The translations under genes and the position numbers were made by a program. A stretch of DNA of 64,000 bases from Octopus vulgaris (lineage: Eukaryota). Below, piece by piece: positions 1-13,227 of the stretch (its first letter is position 1; the number at the start of each line of letters is the position of its first letter). The stretch spans positions 21,266,001 through 21,330,000 of the forward strand of contig OX597818.1 of assembly GCA_951406725.2 (NCBI GenBank), read 5' to 3'. Below the pieces are notes generated by a model. It was not told the DNA's origin. It ran no database searches and saw nothing but the letters and a program-made list of their open reading frames with translations.

Positions 1-177
1 AATAGTCTAATAAAGGGGCATATAAGACTTCGACAGAAAAAAGAAGGCTTTCCCATCCATGTGTAAAGGTAACACACTTAGTCATGTTAACAAAAGGATG
101 TAGGTTCACGTCCCACACGGATGGGAAAGCCTTCTTTTTTTCTGTCGAGGGCTTATATGCCTTGTTATTAGACTATT
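1..177. repeat. Inverted repeat (fold-back element cut by the window start)
   Basis: 1-63 pairs with 115-177 with few mismatches. Confidence 0.85.
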
Positions 178-294
178 TTCCTTAGTCATTGCACTGTGAA
201 CGGCATAAGCTTTAAGCTTATATAAAAATACCATTATTATTATTTACAGGATTGTAAAATATGGCACCATATAATAAAACCATTCACACCGAAA

Positions 295-349
<55 letters not shown>

Positions 350-418
350 CTTATTGTAGCCTCAGGCCGACCAAAACCTTATGAGTGGATTTCGTACTCG
401 GAAACTGAAAGAAGACTG

Positions 419-472
<54 letters not shown>

Positions 473-741
473 ATATTTGTGTATGTGTGTACCTGTCTTG
501 TGTTTGTACACCCACCATTGCTTGACAACTGATGTTGCTGTGTTTACATTCCTGTAACTTAGCGGTTTGGTAAAAGACACTAACAGAATGAGTACTAGGC
601 TTACAAGGAATAAATCCTGTGGTTGATTTCTTTAACCAACAGCGGTGCTCCAGCATTGCCGCAGTCGCATGACTGAAACAAGTAAAGCAATAAAAATCTA
701 TTCTATTTTAATTCCGAGCAAGGCCTAGGTATCACTGCTAG

Positions 742-773
<32 letters not shown>

Positions 774-849
774 CATAATAACTGCTGAATTTCATCAAAC
801 AGGTCTTTTCAAGCATCGCATATTGTTGGTCACCCAACTCTTTTATCAT

Positions 850-1185
850 CAGCTACATAAATTCAACCTTCACTTCAACCAATGTTTTCTTGGATCTCCC
901 TCTTCCACAAGCTCTATCCACATTATGTGATTGACACGTCTTTATAAAGTCAATACCTATACACATCACTTGTCTATACCAGCACAGTTTTCCTTCTTGT
1001 ATATAACATGTGATTCCAGTTTTTCTACCAACACATTTGTACTTTGTCAGTGCTATGCCAATATTATTCAAGTTGCAGTTGAAAAATTGTAAATACTTTG
1101 CATGAAACCATTGGTACTGCATTAACACTACCGATTCTATTAAAATAAATGATCCATTCATCAATGTGGTATTGTTTCATGTTGC
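850..1185 (-). mobile_element. Old RTE 3' ORF relic
   Basis: CWY...ACGRGRSKKT fragment similar to the RT ORF C-terminus. Confidence 0.6.
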
Positions 1186-1397
1186 TCTGCGATCATTTCA
1201 ATATATGACATGCAGCACCCAGTTGTACCTGTACAGGTAATGGCAATATGACGGAGAGAGTGAGATTATGTCTACACAAACATTTGATCACTATAAACAA
1301 ATCATCTGTGTGGTTGTTTTGTAAGAAATTGTTGAACCCTCATACATTATCTAACAATGGGAGAGTCCATTTTATATATATATATGTGTGTGTGTGT

Positions 1398-1650
1398 AGG
1401 CGCGTGGCTTAGTGGTTAGGGTGTCAGTATCATGAACGTAAGATTGTGGTTTTGATTCCTGGACCAAGCAACATGTTGTGTTCTTGAGCAAAACACTACA
1501 TTTCACATTGCTCCAGTCCACTCAGCTGGCAAAAATGAGTAATGCTGTGATGGACTGGCGTCCCGTCCAGCTGGGGAACACATACACCATTGAAACCAGG
1601 AAACTGGGCCCTTGAGCCTAGCTAGGCTTTAAAAGGGCGCATTTATTTTA
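1398..1650 (+). mobile_element. tRNA-derived SINE family B
   Basis: TGGCTTAGTGG A box, TTTGATTCC B-box-like, TTGAGCAAAACACT...CTCCAGTCCACTCAGCTG body. Relatives at 4208-4527 (-), 11500-11815 and 23925-24240. Confidence 0.8.
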
Positions 1651-1819
1651 TATCATTATCATCATCATCATCGTTTAGCGTCCGCTTTCCATGCTAGCAT
1701 GGGTTGGACGGGTCAACTGGGGTCTGTGAAGCTGGAAGGCTCCGTCAGGCCCAGTCAGATCTGGCAGTGTTTCTACAGCTGGATGCCCTTCCTAACGCCA
1801 ACCACTCCGCGAGTGTAGT

Positions 1820-2372
1820 GGGTGTTTTTTACGTGCCACCTGCACAGGTGCCAGACAGAGCTGGCGAACGGCCACGAACGGATGGTGCTTTTACGTGTCA
1901 CCGGCACGGGGCCAGGCGATGCTGGCAACGGACACAAATGGATGGTGCTTTTACGTGCCACCGACACGGGGCCAGACAGAGCTGGCAACCGGCCACGAGC
2001 GGACGGTGCTTTTATGTGTCACCGGCACGGGGGCCAGCCGAGGCTGGCAATGGACGCGGACGGATGGTGCTTTTACGTGCCACCGACACGGGGCCAGACA
2101 GAGCTGGCAAACGGCCACGAACGGATGGTGCTTTTACGTGCCACTGACACGGGGCCAGACAGAGCTGGCAAACGGCCACGAACGGACGGTGCTTTTACGT
2201 GTCACCGGCACGGGGCCAGGCGAGGCTGGCAACAAACACGAACGGATGGTGCTTTTACGTGCCACCGACACGGGCCAGGCAGAGCTGGCAAACGGCCATG
2301 AGCGAATGGTGCTTTTACGTATCACCAGCACGGGTGCCAGACGAGGCTGACAGCGGACACGAACGGATGGGT
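1820..2372. repeat. Minisatellite of about 9 units of 60-61 bp in the RTE 3' UTR
   Basis: GATGGTGCTTTTACGTG recurs at about 1821, 1881, 1941, 2002, 2063, 2124, 2185, 2245 and 2305. Confidence 0.92.
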
Positions 2373-2417
2373 CACTTAACCCCTGCTTTCTGATATATGA
2401 TTTGATTTTGATTGTTC

Positions 2418-4047
2418 TCACTGGTCTTGCCGGGTCTTCTCACGCACAGCATACTTCCATAGGTCTCGGTCTCTGGTCATTTCCTTGGTGAGACCTAGAG
2501 TTCGAAGGTCGTGCTTCACCACCTCGACCCAGGTTTTCCTGGGTCTACCTCTTCCACAGGTCCCCTCAACTGCCAGGGTGTGGCACTTTTTCACACACCT
2601 ATCTTCATCCATTCTCACCACATGACCATACCAGCGCAATCGTCTCTCTTGCACACAACATCTGATTCCTCTTATGTCCAACTTTTCTCTCAAGGTACTT
2701 ACACTCTGTCGACTATGAACACTGACATTACACATCCAACGGAGCATACTAGCTTCATTTCTCGCGAGCTTACGCATGTCCTCAGCAGTCACGGCCCATG
2801 TTTCACTGCCATGTAGCATGGCTGTTCGTACACATGCATCATACAGTCTGCCTTTTACTCTGAGCGAGAGGCCTTTAGTCACCAACAGAGGTAAGAGCTC
2901 TCTAAACTTTGCCCAGGCTATTCTTACTCTAGCCGTTACACTTTCAAAACACCCACCCCCACTACTGACTTGGTCACCAAGATAACGGAAGCTATCAACT
3001 ACTTCTAGTTTTTCCCCCTGGAAAGTGACGGAAGTTGTTTTCTGCAGATTTTCAGAGGTTAATGCTCCCGAGCATCTGCCACATACAAAAACCATCTTCC
3101 TAGTTAGCCTTCCTATGACATTGCTGCACCTCTTATGTGTCCATAGCTTACACTTGGTGCATTTTATAGAGTTTCTACCTACACCTTTTCTACAGATCGA
3201 GCAGGGCCATCTACCTGAAGGCGTTTGTGATTTGTCTACCTTCCTACTTATTAGGACTTTGGTTTTAGCTAGGTTGACTCTAAGGCCCTTCGATTCTAAA
3301 CCATGCTTCCACACCTGAAACTTCTTCTCCAGTTCTGATAATGACTCAGCAATTAGAGCAAGGTCATCAGCATAGAGGAGCTCCCAGGGGCATCCTGTCT
3401 TGAATTCCTCCGTTATTGCCTGGAGGACTATGATAAATAGGAGGGGGCTGAGGACTGAGCCTTGGTGGACCCCTACCTCTACCCGGAATTCTTTACTGTA
3501 CTCATTTCCAACCCTCACCTTACTAGCAGCGTCCCTGTACATGGCTTGCACAGCTCTCACTAACCATTCTTCTATTCCTAGTTTCCTCATTGACCACCAT
3601 ATGAGGGATCGGGGGACCCTGTCGAAGGCTTTCTCCATGTCAACAAAAGCCAGGTACAGGGCCTTATCTTTTAGGTATTTCTCCTGCAGCTGCCTTACCA
3701 GGAATATAGCATCAGTGGTACTTTTCCCTGGCACGAAACCAAACTGCATCTCATCTAAACTAACTCTCTCTCTAATTAGTTGGCTTATGACCCTCTCTGT
3801 AACCTTCATCACCTGATCCAACAGCTTGATACCTCTGTAATTATTTGTATCTAGGGCATCACCTTTACCTTTGTAGCAGTTGACTATTATGCTGCTACAC
3901 CAGTCATTGGGTATGACTCCTTCATGTATCACCTGATTAACTATACAGGTGACTAGGCTATAGCCGACACTACCAGATATTTTGAGCATCTCTGCAGTGA
4001 TACCTGATGGGCCTGGGGCTTTCCCTGTCTTCATGCTTCTAATTGCC

Positions 4048-4049
<2 letters not shown>
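2418..4049 (-). CDS. Non-LTR reverse transcriptase (partial) with embedded PHD-like zinc finger
   Basis: KAPGPSGI, NYRGIKLL, QFGF, FVDMEKAFDRV, GVHQGSVLSPLLF, LYADD, FRYLG, LHGSETW, RRLRWYGHV, RGRPRKTW. The N-terminal IYIY run in the ORF track is microsatellite read-through. Confidence 0.93.
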
Positions 4050-4094
<45 letters not shown>

Positions 4095-4977
4095 CTTGAA
4101 CAGTACAAAACACATTGAGACCAGTGGTGTATAACAACATCAGATAGTCTGGCTGAAACCGTGATATATATATGCGTGAGTGTATATACATATACATACA
4201 TATATTTATTACATGTGCATGGAACTCCATTGGTTACAACAAGGGTTCCAGTTGATCCAATCAATGGAACAGCCTGTTCATAAAAATCAAAAAGCAAGTG
4301 GCTGAGCACACCACAAACATGCTTACCCTTAATGTAGTTCTAAAAGAGATTCAGCATGACACAGAATTTGACAAGGTTGGTCCTTTGAAATACAGGTACA
4401 ACTCATTTTTCCAGCTGAGTGGACTAGAGCAACATGAAATAAAAGTCTTGCTCAAGGACACAACACACTGCCATTAATCAGCTTACGACTGTGAGCTGAA
4501 TACGCTAACCACTTAAGCCAAGCACATTCACATGTATCTATATATATTTTTATACAAATATAAGTATATTAAGTATATGATTTAAGTTATAGAATGAAGT
4601 TCAACAAATTCAATCATATTTTTTATAAATGGAGGAGATTAGATGTTAATATGGTATAAATTATTTATACAAATATATATACATACATGCATACAAACAC
4701 ACACACACACTTATTTCCTCTCTTTTTTTGTGTGTGAAATACAGCGATTTTCTGTCTCTGGGTTGTAGACTTAATCTATATAACATCTTAACTGGTTTTT
4801 ACATGCTTTTAAGTGTTCCCCTGTGTTAAATCTATCCAGGTCAGATCTCCTCTGATAGGTGAGTTACTTCTCTCTCTCTTTCTCTCCCTTTTTCATTTTC
4901 TTTTGCCAACAGACTTAGAACATTGGTAGAAGGTATGATCATACCACTGTTTGTGTTAACATATTTAATGTACTGAG

Positions 4978-5890
4978 ATCCATCCTTCTTCTCTGTCCAC
5001 TATTCTTAAGAGGGTTGCTGGGGTAGAGTCTGCAGGTACTTCTACCACATAGTCCTATCAAGAGCAACTGCCATTAGACTTTCTGGCTGGATTCTTAAGC
5101 ATGACCAGCTGAGACTATGGACATTACCCAACCATCTCATTCTTAGTCTGTCCTTAGGTTTCCTGCCAGTTGGCCCAGCTTAAAGAATCTGTCTTACAAT
5201 TGCTTCCTTCAAAATTCTAACCACATGTTCATAGTACTGGATCTGTGACCTCTGAATGTGGAAAGGTAGTGACTTGTTCTAAAGAGACTCCCTGATCTCT
5301 GAGCTATGCACCCTGTTGAGTAACGTTACTCCACAGATCCTTTGGAGGAACTTCATTGCAGCTGTTTGTATTTGCAATTGTACTCTTTCGGACATTACCC
5401 ATTGTATTTGCAATTGTACTCTTTTGGTCATTACCCATTGTATTTGCAATTGTACTCTTTTGGACATTACCCATTGTATTTGCAATTGTACTCTTTTGGT
5501 CATTACCCAACAGTTTTGACTATAGGTGAGAATAGGCACAAAAAACAAAATTGAAAATAGAAAATTTGGCCTTTTTTACCAACTTTTCCTCTTCTGAAGA
5601 TTGAATGCTGGATTTTGGCACATTACTGTACCAACACCTGCACTTTTAGCTTTAAATTCAGCTTCCTGCTTCTCATCACTTAATATGGCCCTAAGATGCT
5701 TAAACTTCTCCACATGATGTTCCCCTAGTATGTAGAGTTCATTGGGAAGACTTTTTTAAGAGGACAAATGTCTGTCTTTGCAACACTAATTTTCATCCTT
5801 GCTTTGCAGCACTCAGCAACAAACCGTGTATGCTGGAGATCACCTTCTGATAAACCAAGTAGCAACATGTTGTCTGCAAATATCAGCCAA
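4978..5890 (-). mobile_element. Different RTE (BovB/Expander-like) 3' relic
   Basis: FVPILTY..CWVMT..IQTAAMKFLQRICGVTLLNRVHSSEIRESL; degenerate FADD-like motif near 5870-5880; Expander-like 3' end near 4980-5030. Confidence 0.75.
5366..5509. repeat. 4 x 36-bp in-frame tandem repeat inside the RTE relic
   Basis: TTGTATTTGCAATTGTACTCTTTTGG(A/T)CATTACCCA x4, contiguous, no spacers. Confidence 0.95.
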
Positions 5891-6505
5891 ACAAATTAAT
5901 ATTATTTTCATTGTTTTGGCAAATTGAGAAACAACTTTGGATATATTTCGACTTTATTAGACCTCCACGATGGAAAAAATATACATCGTTATATTTGTGA
6001 AAAGAACTGTAAGGGAATCACTAGTAGAAAATTAGCATATTAAAAAAATAAATCACTGAGGTTAATTACTCATTGACGCTACTCCTCTAAAAATAAATAG
6101 GTGATAACGAAAAGACAATATTCTCTGGCTTATCCTTTTGTCTTGTTTTTAATTCTCATATTTTGATGTTTTGTTTTAGAAACACTATACTCTGTCCCTG
6201 GTATGTGGAGGTGGAATTAATTATTCTTTGGTTAAGAAAAAGAAAGTAATACAATCATAATTCATTTGTTCTTTTCTTTCTTAATGTCTAAGATGAATTA
6301 TTGTTAATACGATCAGATTATTAATCTTCATCTTTTTAAAAATAATTACACTATATATATATCAGTTTGCTGTCTGGTCGTCGTCAGGTGTTTTTTTCTT
6401 AATCTGTACATAGTTCTAAAACTGGATTTGAATAACAAATCTTTATGCTAATACAAAGGGTAATGACGCTTTTAACCACTGGCTCCTTGTTTGAAACGAG
6501 TGCGG

Positions 6506-6565
<60 letters not shown>

Positions 6566-6719
6566 AATTTCACGACGTTCGGATATTAAACCAATATTAA
6601 TATTTTGAAAGAGATTTTATTCTTTCCTTTTCGATTCAGACAATTTCACTTTTGTTTTCTACAAACTTTCGTTACATTTCGTAATATTTTATTTACATTA
6701 TTATTATTTTTAAATAAAC

Positions 6720-7369
6720 TTTCTCTGCGTTTCGTCGCATTTTAGGAGCTCCTTATAGCGCGAGCGCCACATAGCGGCGAAGAATTGAAAGTTAGAAGTA
6801 AAAAAAAAACAAATAAGTAATAAACAAAAACTAAACAATACAAAGCGTAAAATCAAAATCTGGAACTGAAACGAAACACTAAAACTAAAAATTCCTTGAG
6901 AAAAAGCGCCACCACCTTACTTTGGCATACAGCAATCAAGTGGAAGTAACTCGTGAGATAATCATGTCGAGACGCTTTAAAGATCTGTCAGAAAGCGAAA
7001 CCTAAGAGTTAATGATTGAAAGGCGGGTGACGTGATTCTCACATTTCTTTAAAATATATATATATATATACATATATATATTCATATATAAATATATTAT
7101 AAATTTATGTAATAGAAAAGATACATTTTATTGATGTGGGCAGGATTTTTATAACCAAAAACAACAACAAAAAATTAAGAATATTAATCGAAAAAGACTT
7201 CCTGAGAAAGAAGCTAAGGTAAAACTAATATCGATATGAAAAGATTGAAGCTGGGCTACTCGTAATCGAGAGGAAGAAGAGACGAAGTCAAAACACTGAG
7301 TTAATAACGGAAGAGAAAAGAGACAGAGCTGTACTTAAGACTGCTAGACACGGGCGACAGGAGTGACAG
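6720..7369 (+). promoter_or_regulatory. Probable CpG-rich promoter and non-coding first exon of the HERC4-like gene
   Basis: Local CpG enrichment in otherwise CpG-poor DNA; CTCF-like GCGCCACATAGCGG at 6764-6777; GGAAGT and TGACGT motifs; donor CAG|GTAAAT at 7369/7370. Link to the 32321 acceptor is inferred. Confidence 0.5.
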
Positions 7370-7753
7370 GTAAATATATCTACACACGTAATATACAAAA
7401 ATGTATATGATATACACAAGAGTCTCTTTCATGATATATGTATATATATATATGTGTGTGTGTGTATGACACGCGCACGCAAACGTTTGTAAAATTACTT
7501 CTGGCTCAAACACATCATTCATATCGAGCCAACGAAGAAAGGTGCTTTCTGTGTAGTTGTCCAACTTGCTAGAAATAGCAGCAAAATTTCCCTCAAATCA
7601 CATCCAGTGTCTTCGAGGACACGTTGGATAATGCTTCATTCTAGGTTCCTTGCACATTGAAAGACGGGATAGTCACGGCTGAAATACCTTTGCTCATAGA
7701 TCTATCTACTCGATCACAGTTAAACACACACTCACTCTCTCTCGTTCTGCCTT

Positions 7754-7807
<54 letters not shown>

Positions 7808-8004
7808 TGTTTTGTGTGTGTGTTTGTGCAATGTGGAGTGACTTACAAACAGATATTTCTTAGCAGCCTTTTGTTTCTCTATATATCTCTAGCAGTTTAT
7901 TTCGAGGTAAGTACCACAATTTTGTCGTAAAATAACACAACATATCTTAGTGTGTGACATGTATTAAAATACAGTTGTATATCACCGTCCATGCCGTAAA
8001 GTGC

Positions 8005-8048
<44 letters not shown>

Positions 8049-8529
8049 ATACACACACTCACACACCTATATCAATAACATTCATTTGAAATCATTTTGC
8101 AATTCTGTCTTTGTTTATTTTTATGACCAACTCTCCCTTTTAAATCGGCCTTGTGACAATGTAGATAATGAACACACACACACATATATGTATGTTTGTG
8201 TGTGTGTATGTATATATATATATATATATAATTATGTGTGTCTGTGCGTATATTCAAAGAAATGTTTGGTATAATACAAAATTGTAACGTTTGTGTCTTC
8301 GCTATACCAATTACACACAAGATTATGTGATATCATTATTATTATTGTTGTTGTTTTTATAAGCATGCCATGTTTCTCCTTCTCTGCAAAACTGACATTT
8401 TAAGAATTGTTGATCGCATGGCCAAATATATATACATTTTTAAAATAATGGAAGCCTTGTCAGCTACTATGTTTGTAACTACTATTATCTAAAATTATTC
8501 CAGAATAATACGAGTAATAAACTCTCTCT

Positions 8530-8935
<406 letters not shown>

Positions 8936-9988
8936 AGAATTCACAAGAAAAAACAAAAGACGAAGACAGGTGGTGTAGACAACAGATAGTCGTTACAAAC
9001 GGAAAAAATAACTACCTGAAGTAGTGTAAGCACTGATTTTGACGTTTCTCATTGTGTCGGTACGTTTCGAGAAGCTTCATTTTTATGTATCTGTCTATCT
9101 ATCATGTGTGTGTGTGTATACCTTTACCAATAAAGAGGACGATGATAGGCCAAAACAACAGTTCGAAACAGTTATTTTTTTTTTAAAAAGTTATATTACT
9201 TCGATTGCCTTGTGCCTGTATGGGAATAATAATAATTATTATTGAGTGGAGTATCAGAATACAACGCCGGACAAATGTCTTGCAGTGTTAATTACATCCC
9301 TTTATGCTCTAAGTTCAAATCGCACTAAGGCCAACTTAGCTTTTTATCCTTCCTGGGTCGATATAATCAACACCCCCCACACACGCACAAATCCATTTCA
9401 GGCCTTGCGGCTACGTTAGAAACAATTGTTATTTGGGCGATCAGCTAACAGAATCGTTGAAATATTAGGTAAAAAAAATGCCTTGCTGTGTTTCTTCTGA
9501 CTTTTGACGTCCTGAGTTCAAATCTTTCTAGTCAGATGAAATAAAGTACCAGTCAAATACTAGGGTTGGTTTGACTAAACCCATTCCCAGATTCATGGCC
9601 TTGTGCTTATGTTAAAAGTTCATTTATTATTTAGATAGTTGAGGGAAGTGAATTGGCACGTTCGTTATTGTTGGAAAATTAACTTGCAATATTTATTCTA
9701 GTATTTACGTTCTAAGTTTAAATCACATCGATAAAATTAAGTACTGAGGTCAATTTAATAGACACCTGCACACCCACTAAATTGCTTGCCTTATGCCAAC
9801 ATTTTGAAGCAGTTATTAGTATTGTTGAAGATTTTAACTCGTTATGGAGGAGGAGCAACATAATATATACGTGCAAATATTGTTTATATCACATTTCAAC
9901 CAGGTTATATTTTGTCTTTGTATCAATAACAAAAAAAAAATATCTACATTGGAAATTTTATTTCAAACATACCTGTAACTCTTATGAT

Positions 9989-10031
<43 letters not shown>

Positions 10032-10919
10032 ACATTTAACTTCCATCTTCCATGCTGGCATGGATTGAATGGTTTGACAGGAGCCAACTGATCCAAAGAC
10101 TGCATCATGCTTCAGTGTCTGCTTTGACATAGTTTCTACAACTGGATGCCTTTCCTAATGTCAACCACTTTACAGCATGTACAGTTTGTTTTCCTTCGTG
10201 GCACCAGCACCAGTGAAGTTGCTACACAGCCTGCATAACTGCGATCTCCTTTGATTGAGTAGGTCTACATTAGCGAGTGTGATGGGCAGCTTTATACAAT
10301 GGAATAACTGAAATTTGAGAGGTTCCAGAACAGGTTTCTTGCTGTAGATGAGCTGCATGACTACTCAAATTCTACAAGGGCGACTGGGTGTAGTTGGAGT
10401 GAAGCTGGAAGGAAATTAAAAAAATAGTGATATTGAGGTGTCAGGGTGGGCTCTTAAGGTGCAAAGTGGATAAGTTGGGGATAGGAGAACAGGAAGTGTG
10501 GGTGAGTAGATGTAAAAGTGTATGGCGGAGAGAGATGGTTACAAATAGAGAATGTGTGAGAGGGTGAATATAAAGAATAAGTGTTGAGAGAATAAATAAG
10601 GAAGATTAGGTGATAACTGTAAAAATTATGTAGGGTTGAGAGGTGATCAGTGATATGGGTCAGCTGAGGGAGATAGGGAAGCAGACATGGCTGAGTGTTA
10701 AAGGAGATAGGTAAAGAGTAGCAGAATAGTAATAATAATAGAGCAGACAGAGGAAGGAAGAGAGAAGATGAGACAGAGAGATATGATAAGTAGTTTGCTT
10801 GATTGTAAGAGTATGGAGCAGGCATAGTTAATAGAGAAGGAGAGGTAGAATAATTTGGTAGCTCAGAAGGGTGAACAATGTAAAATGTGTATAGAGAGGA
10901 CAGTCTTACGAATGAACAA

Positions 10920-12460
10920 CAAATCACTCCTACATAGTTTCATCCACATTAAGTGATTGCACTTTTTTATACTGCAGCCATTATCCATAAGCCTCATTTG
11001 GTCATACTAGTGCAATCTTCTCTCTAGCACACTACATTTAATTTCCCTTTTGTACTATGTCATTCATGCTAATTTACATTGCATAGCCATTGGAATATGC
11101 TAGCATCAGTTCTTTCCAGTCTTTCAAGGCTCATGTCTCACCACTATGCAGCTTCAGTTATAACACAGAGATCATACAATCTGCCATCTACTCTGAGGGC
11201 AAAGAACTTAGTTAATACTAGCAGCAGTAGCTCCCTGAACTTTTCAAAGCCATTCTTACTCTATTTACTATAACTTCCCCTGCTAATTATATCTTCTAAT
11301 TAACAAAAGTTATCAAGTACTTGTAGAGAGCCATCCAAGCATTTAAGAAAATTTATTTCCAATGTGCTGTTAATACATACTGCTCCAGTACATCTGTCAC
11401 AGATGAAGCTTACTTTCTCTTTGAGTCTACCTGTGATTCTACTCTACCACATGTGTGTCCATAGCTTATATTGGGTGCAGTGTATGATACTTCTGTGAAG
11501 GCATGGAACTTTGTGGTTTCAAGTATTCAGCTCATGATTGTAAGGTCATGAGTTTCACACCTGGCAGCACATTGTACCCTTAAGCAAGACACTTTGTCTT
11601 GTTACTCTAGTTCACTCTGCTGGCAAAGTCAGTTGTAATTCAAGAGCATCAGCTTTATCACATTCCGTGTCACACTGAATCTTTCTGGGAACTACGTTAA
11701 GGATATGCATATCTGCTGAGTGCTTAACCATTTGCACATTAATTTCAGGAGCAGGCTGTTCCATTGATTGAATCAACTGTAACCCTTGTCATCTTAACCA
11801 ATGGAATGCCAGTTTCAATGGAGCTTCTTTTCTGCATATTTAGCAAAGCCATTTCTTTGGAGATAGGGTCCTGTCTTCTTTCCTACTGACTAAAACCTCA
11901 GTCTTTGTTAATTTTACCTTCAGGCCTCTTGATCTAGGTTTAGATTCCATGCTTGGAATTTCCTGTCAAACCATCCAACCCATGCCAGCATGGAAAACAG
12001 ACATTAAAGGATGATGATCATGATTCCACTATAGATTATCAGCATACAACTAGATTATCAGCATACAAGAGTTCCCATGGACAGCTAGTTTTAAATTTCT
12101 GTGATGGATTGTAGGACGATGATCAATAAGAGGGGACTGATGGTTAAGTCCTGATGGACTCCTACCCTCATGATAAATTTGTCACTGAAATCATTGTTAG
12201 CACTCACTCACTGCATCGTTTACATTGCTTATACAGCCCATACAGTAGGCAAGAGACCAAGCAGCATCTCATGTAATTCTATTAAGGTATTTGTCTTGTA
12301 ACTCTCTCCATGACCTTCATAACTTGATCCAGTAGTTTAACTCTTCTATAAATTCCTCTCCTAAGGCATCTCCTTTGTCTTTGTAGCAATTCATGCAGAT
12401 GTTACACTGCATGTCTTTGGCTATGACACGTTCCAGTATAACTTGAATAATTATATGGGT
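10920..12460 (-). mobile_element. Old RTE LINE relic interrupted by a SINE (~11500-11815) and an opposite-orientation RTE tail (~11965-12022)
   Basis: Nucleotide similarity to the 2418-4049 ORF (e.g. NCYKDKGDAL, ELLYAD regions) with many stops. Confidence 0.75.
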
Positions 12461-13227
12461 GATGCATGTTTGCACAATCACACACACACGCATATGCATA
12501 AATGTTTATCAAAAGTCCGTTTTCCATGCTGGCATGGTTGGACTGTTTGACAGGGGCTGGCTAAGCAGGAGACTGCACCAGGCTTCTGTTATGTCTACAA
12601 ATACATAAAATATATACATACATTTGCATATTATATATATGTATAAACACATGCACACACACTCACACACAGACATATATATATATAGCCATCTATGTAT
12701 TATACTTTAATGAACATACACAGTTGATAGGCCAGTCACTGCAGTATTTGTCCCAAGATTACATCTCTTATGGACTTTCTGTGTTAGAAACAACAGATGA
12801 AACTTTGTCCCAACAGTGGCTAGTGGGAGTGCCAGTTGCATTTCAGTGTTTTGGGGTCTTTTCAATAGTGCATATTAGTAGCCGGGCACATTCTCAGATG
12901 AGAAATTTTCGTGTCTGATATAGGGAATGGTAAATGAAACATTCACTGATTGAAAATTCTTTGCTGGGACAAGTTTTGTCTCTGTCTGAAATTTGTGTTT
13001 TTTTTAATACAGCAAATCCACAAGAGATGATATCTCAGATCAAATACTACAGCAACTGGCCTATTAAATGTGTATTCATATGGCAGCAGGAAGGGTGTTT
13101 CGTCTTAGAGAATCTGCCTCATTAAATACCATCTGATCCATGCAAACATAGAGAAGTGAATGTTAAAATGATGATGATATGTATATATATATATATACAC
13201 ACACACACACATACATACATGCACACA

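Larger units (their letters stand above)
1652..4050 (-). mobile_element. Young 5'-truncated RTE-clade LINE: RT ORF, 3' UTR minisatellite, (GAT)n tail
   Basis: Uninterrupted RT ORF, 3' UTR at 2417-1672 and (CAT)n tail on + at about 1652-1672; 5' end abuts a (TA)n tract. Confidence 0.93.

Noticed and set aside
1820-2372. 60-bp periodic array as a CRISPR-like array or repeat-protein ORFs (1704-2421)
   Set aside because: The variable parts are themselves repeated (A/B types); it is the 3' UTR of the adjacent LINE and the ORFs are by-products of GC-rich repeats.
2511-3816. Plus-strand ORFs overlapping the RT
   Set aside because: Antisense shadows of the LINE ORF with no independent motifs.
5366-5509. 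36-bp repeats resembling a CRISPR array
   Set aside because: Units are contiguous with no spacers, lie in frame inside a LINE relic, and there are no cas genes in this eukaryotic context.
6362-6392. Minus-strand CTGACGA...CAAAC hammerhead-like string (also weak strings near 9040-9080 and 9135-9175)
   Set aside because: Stem II or GAAA incomplete; too degenerate to call without a consensus.
10454-10927. 157-aa minus ORF (similar purine-rich block at 50030-50390)
   Set aside because: Low-complexity GA-rich sequence associated with RTE 3' regions; no domain signal.
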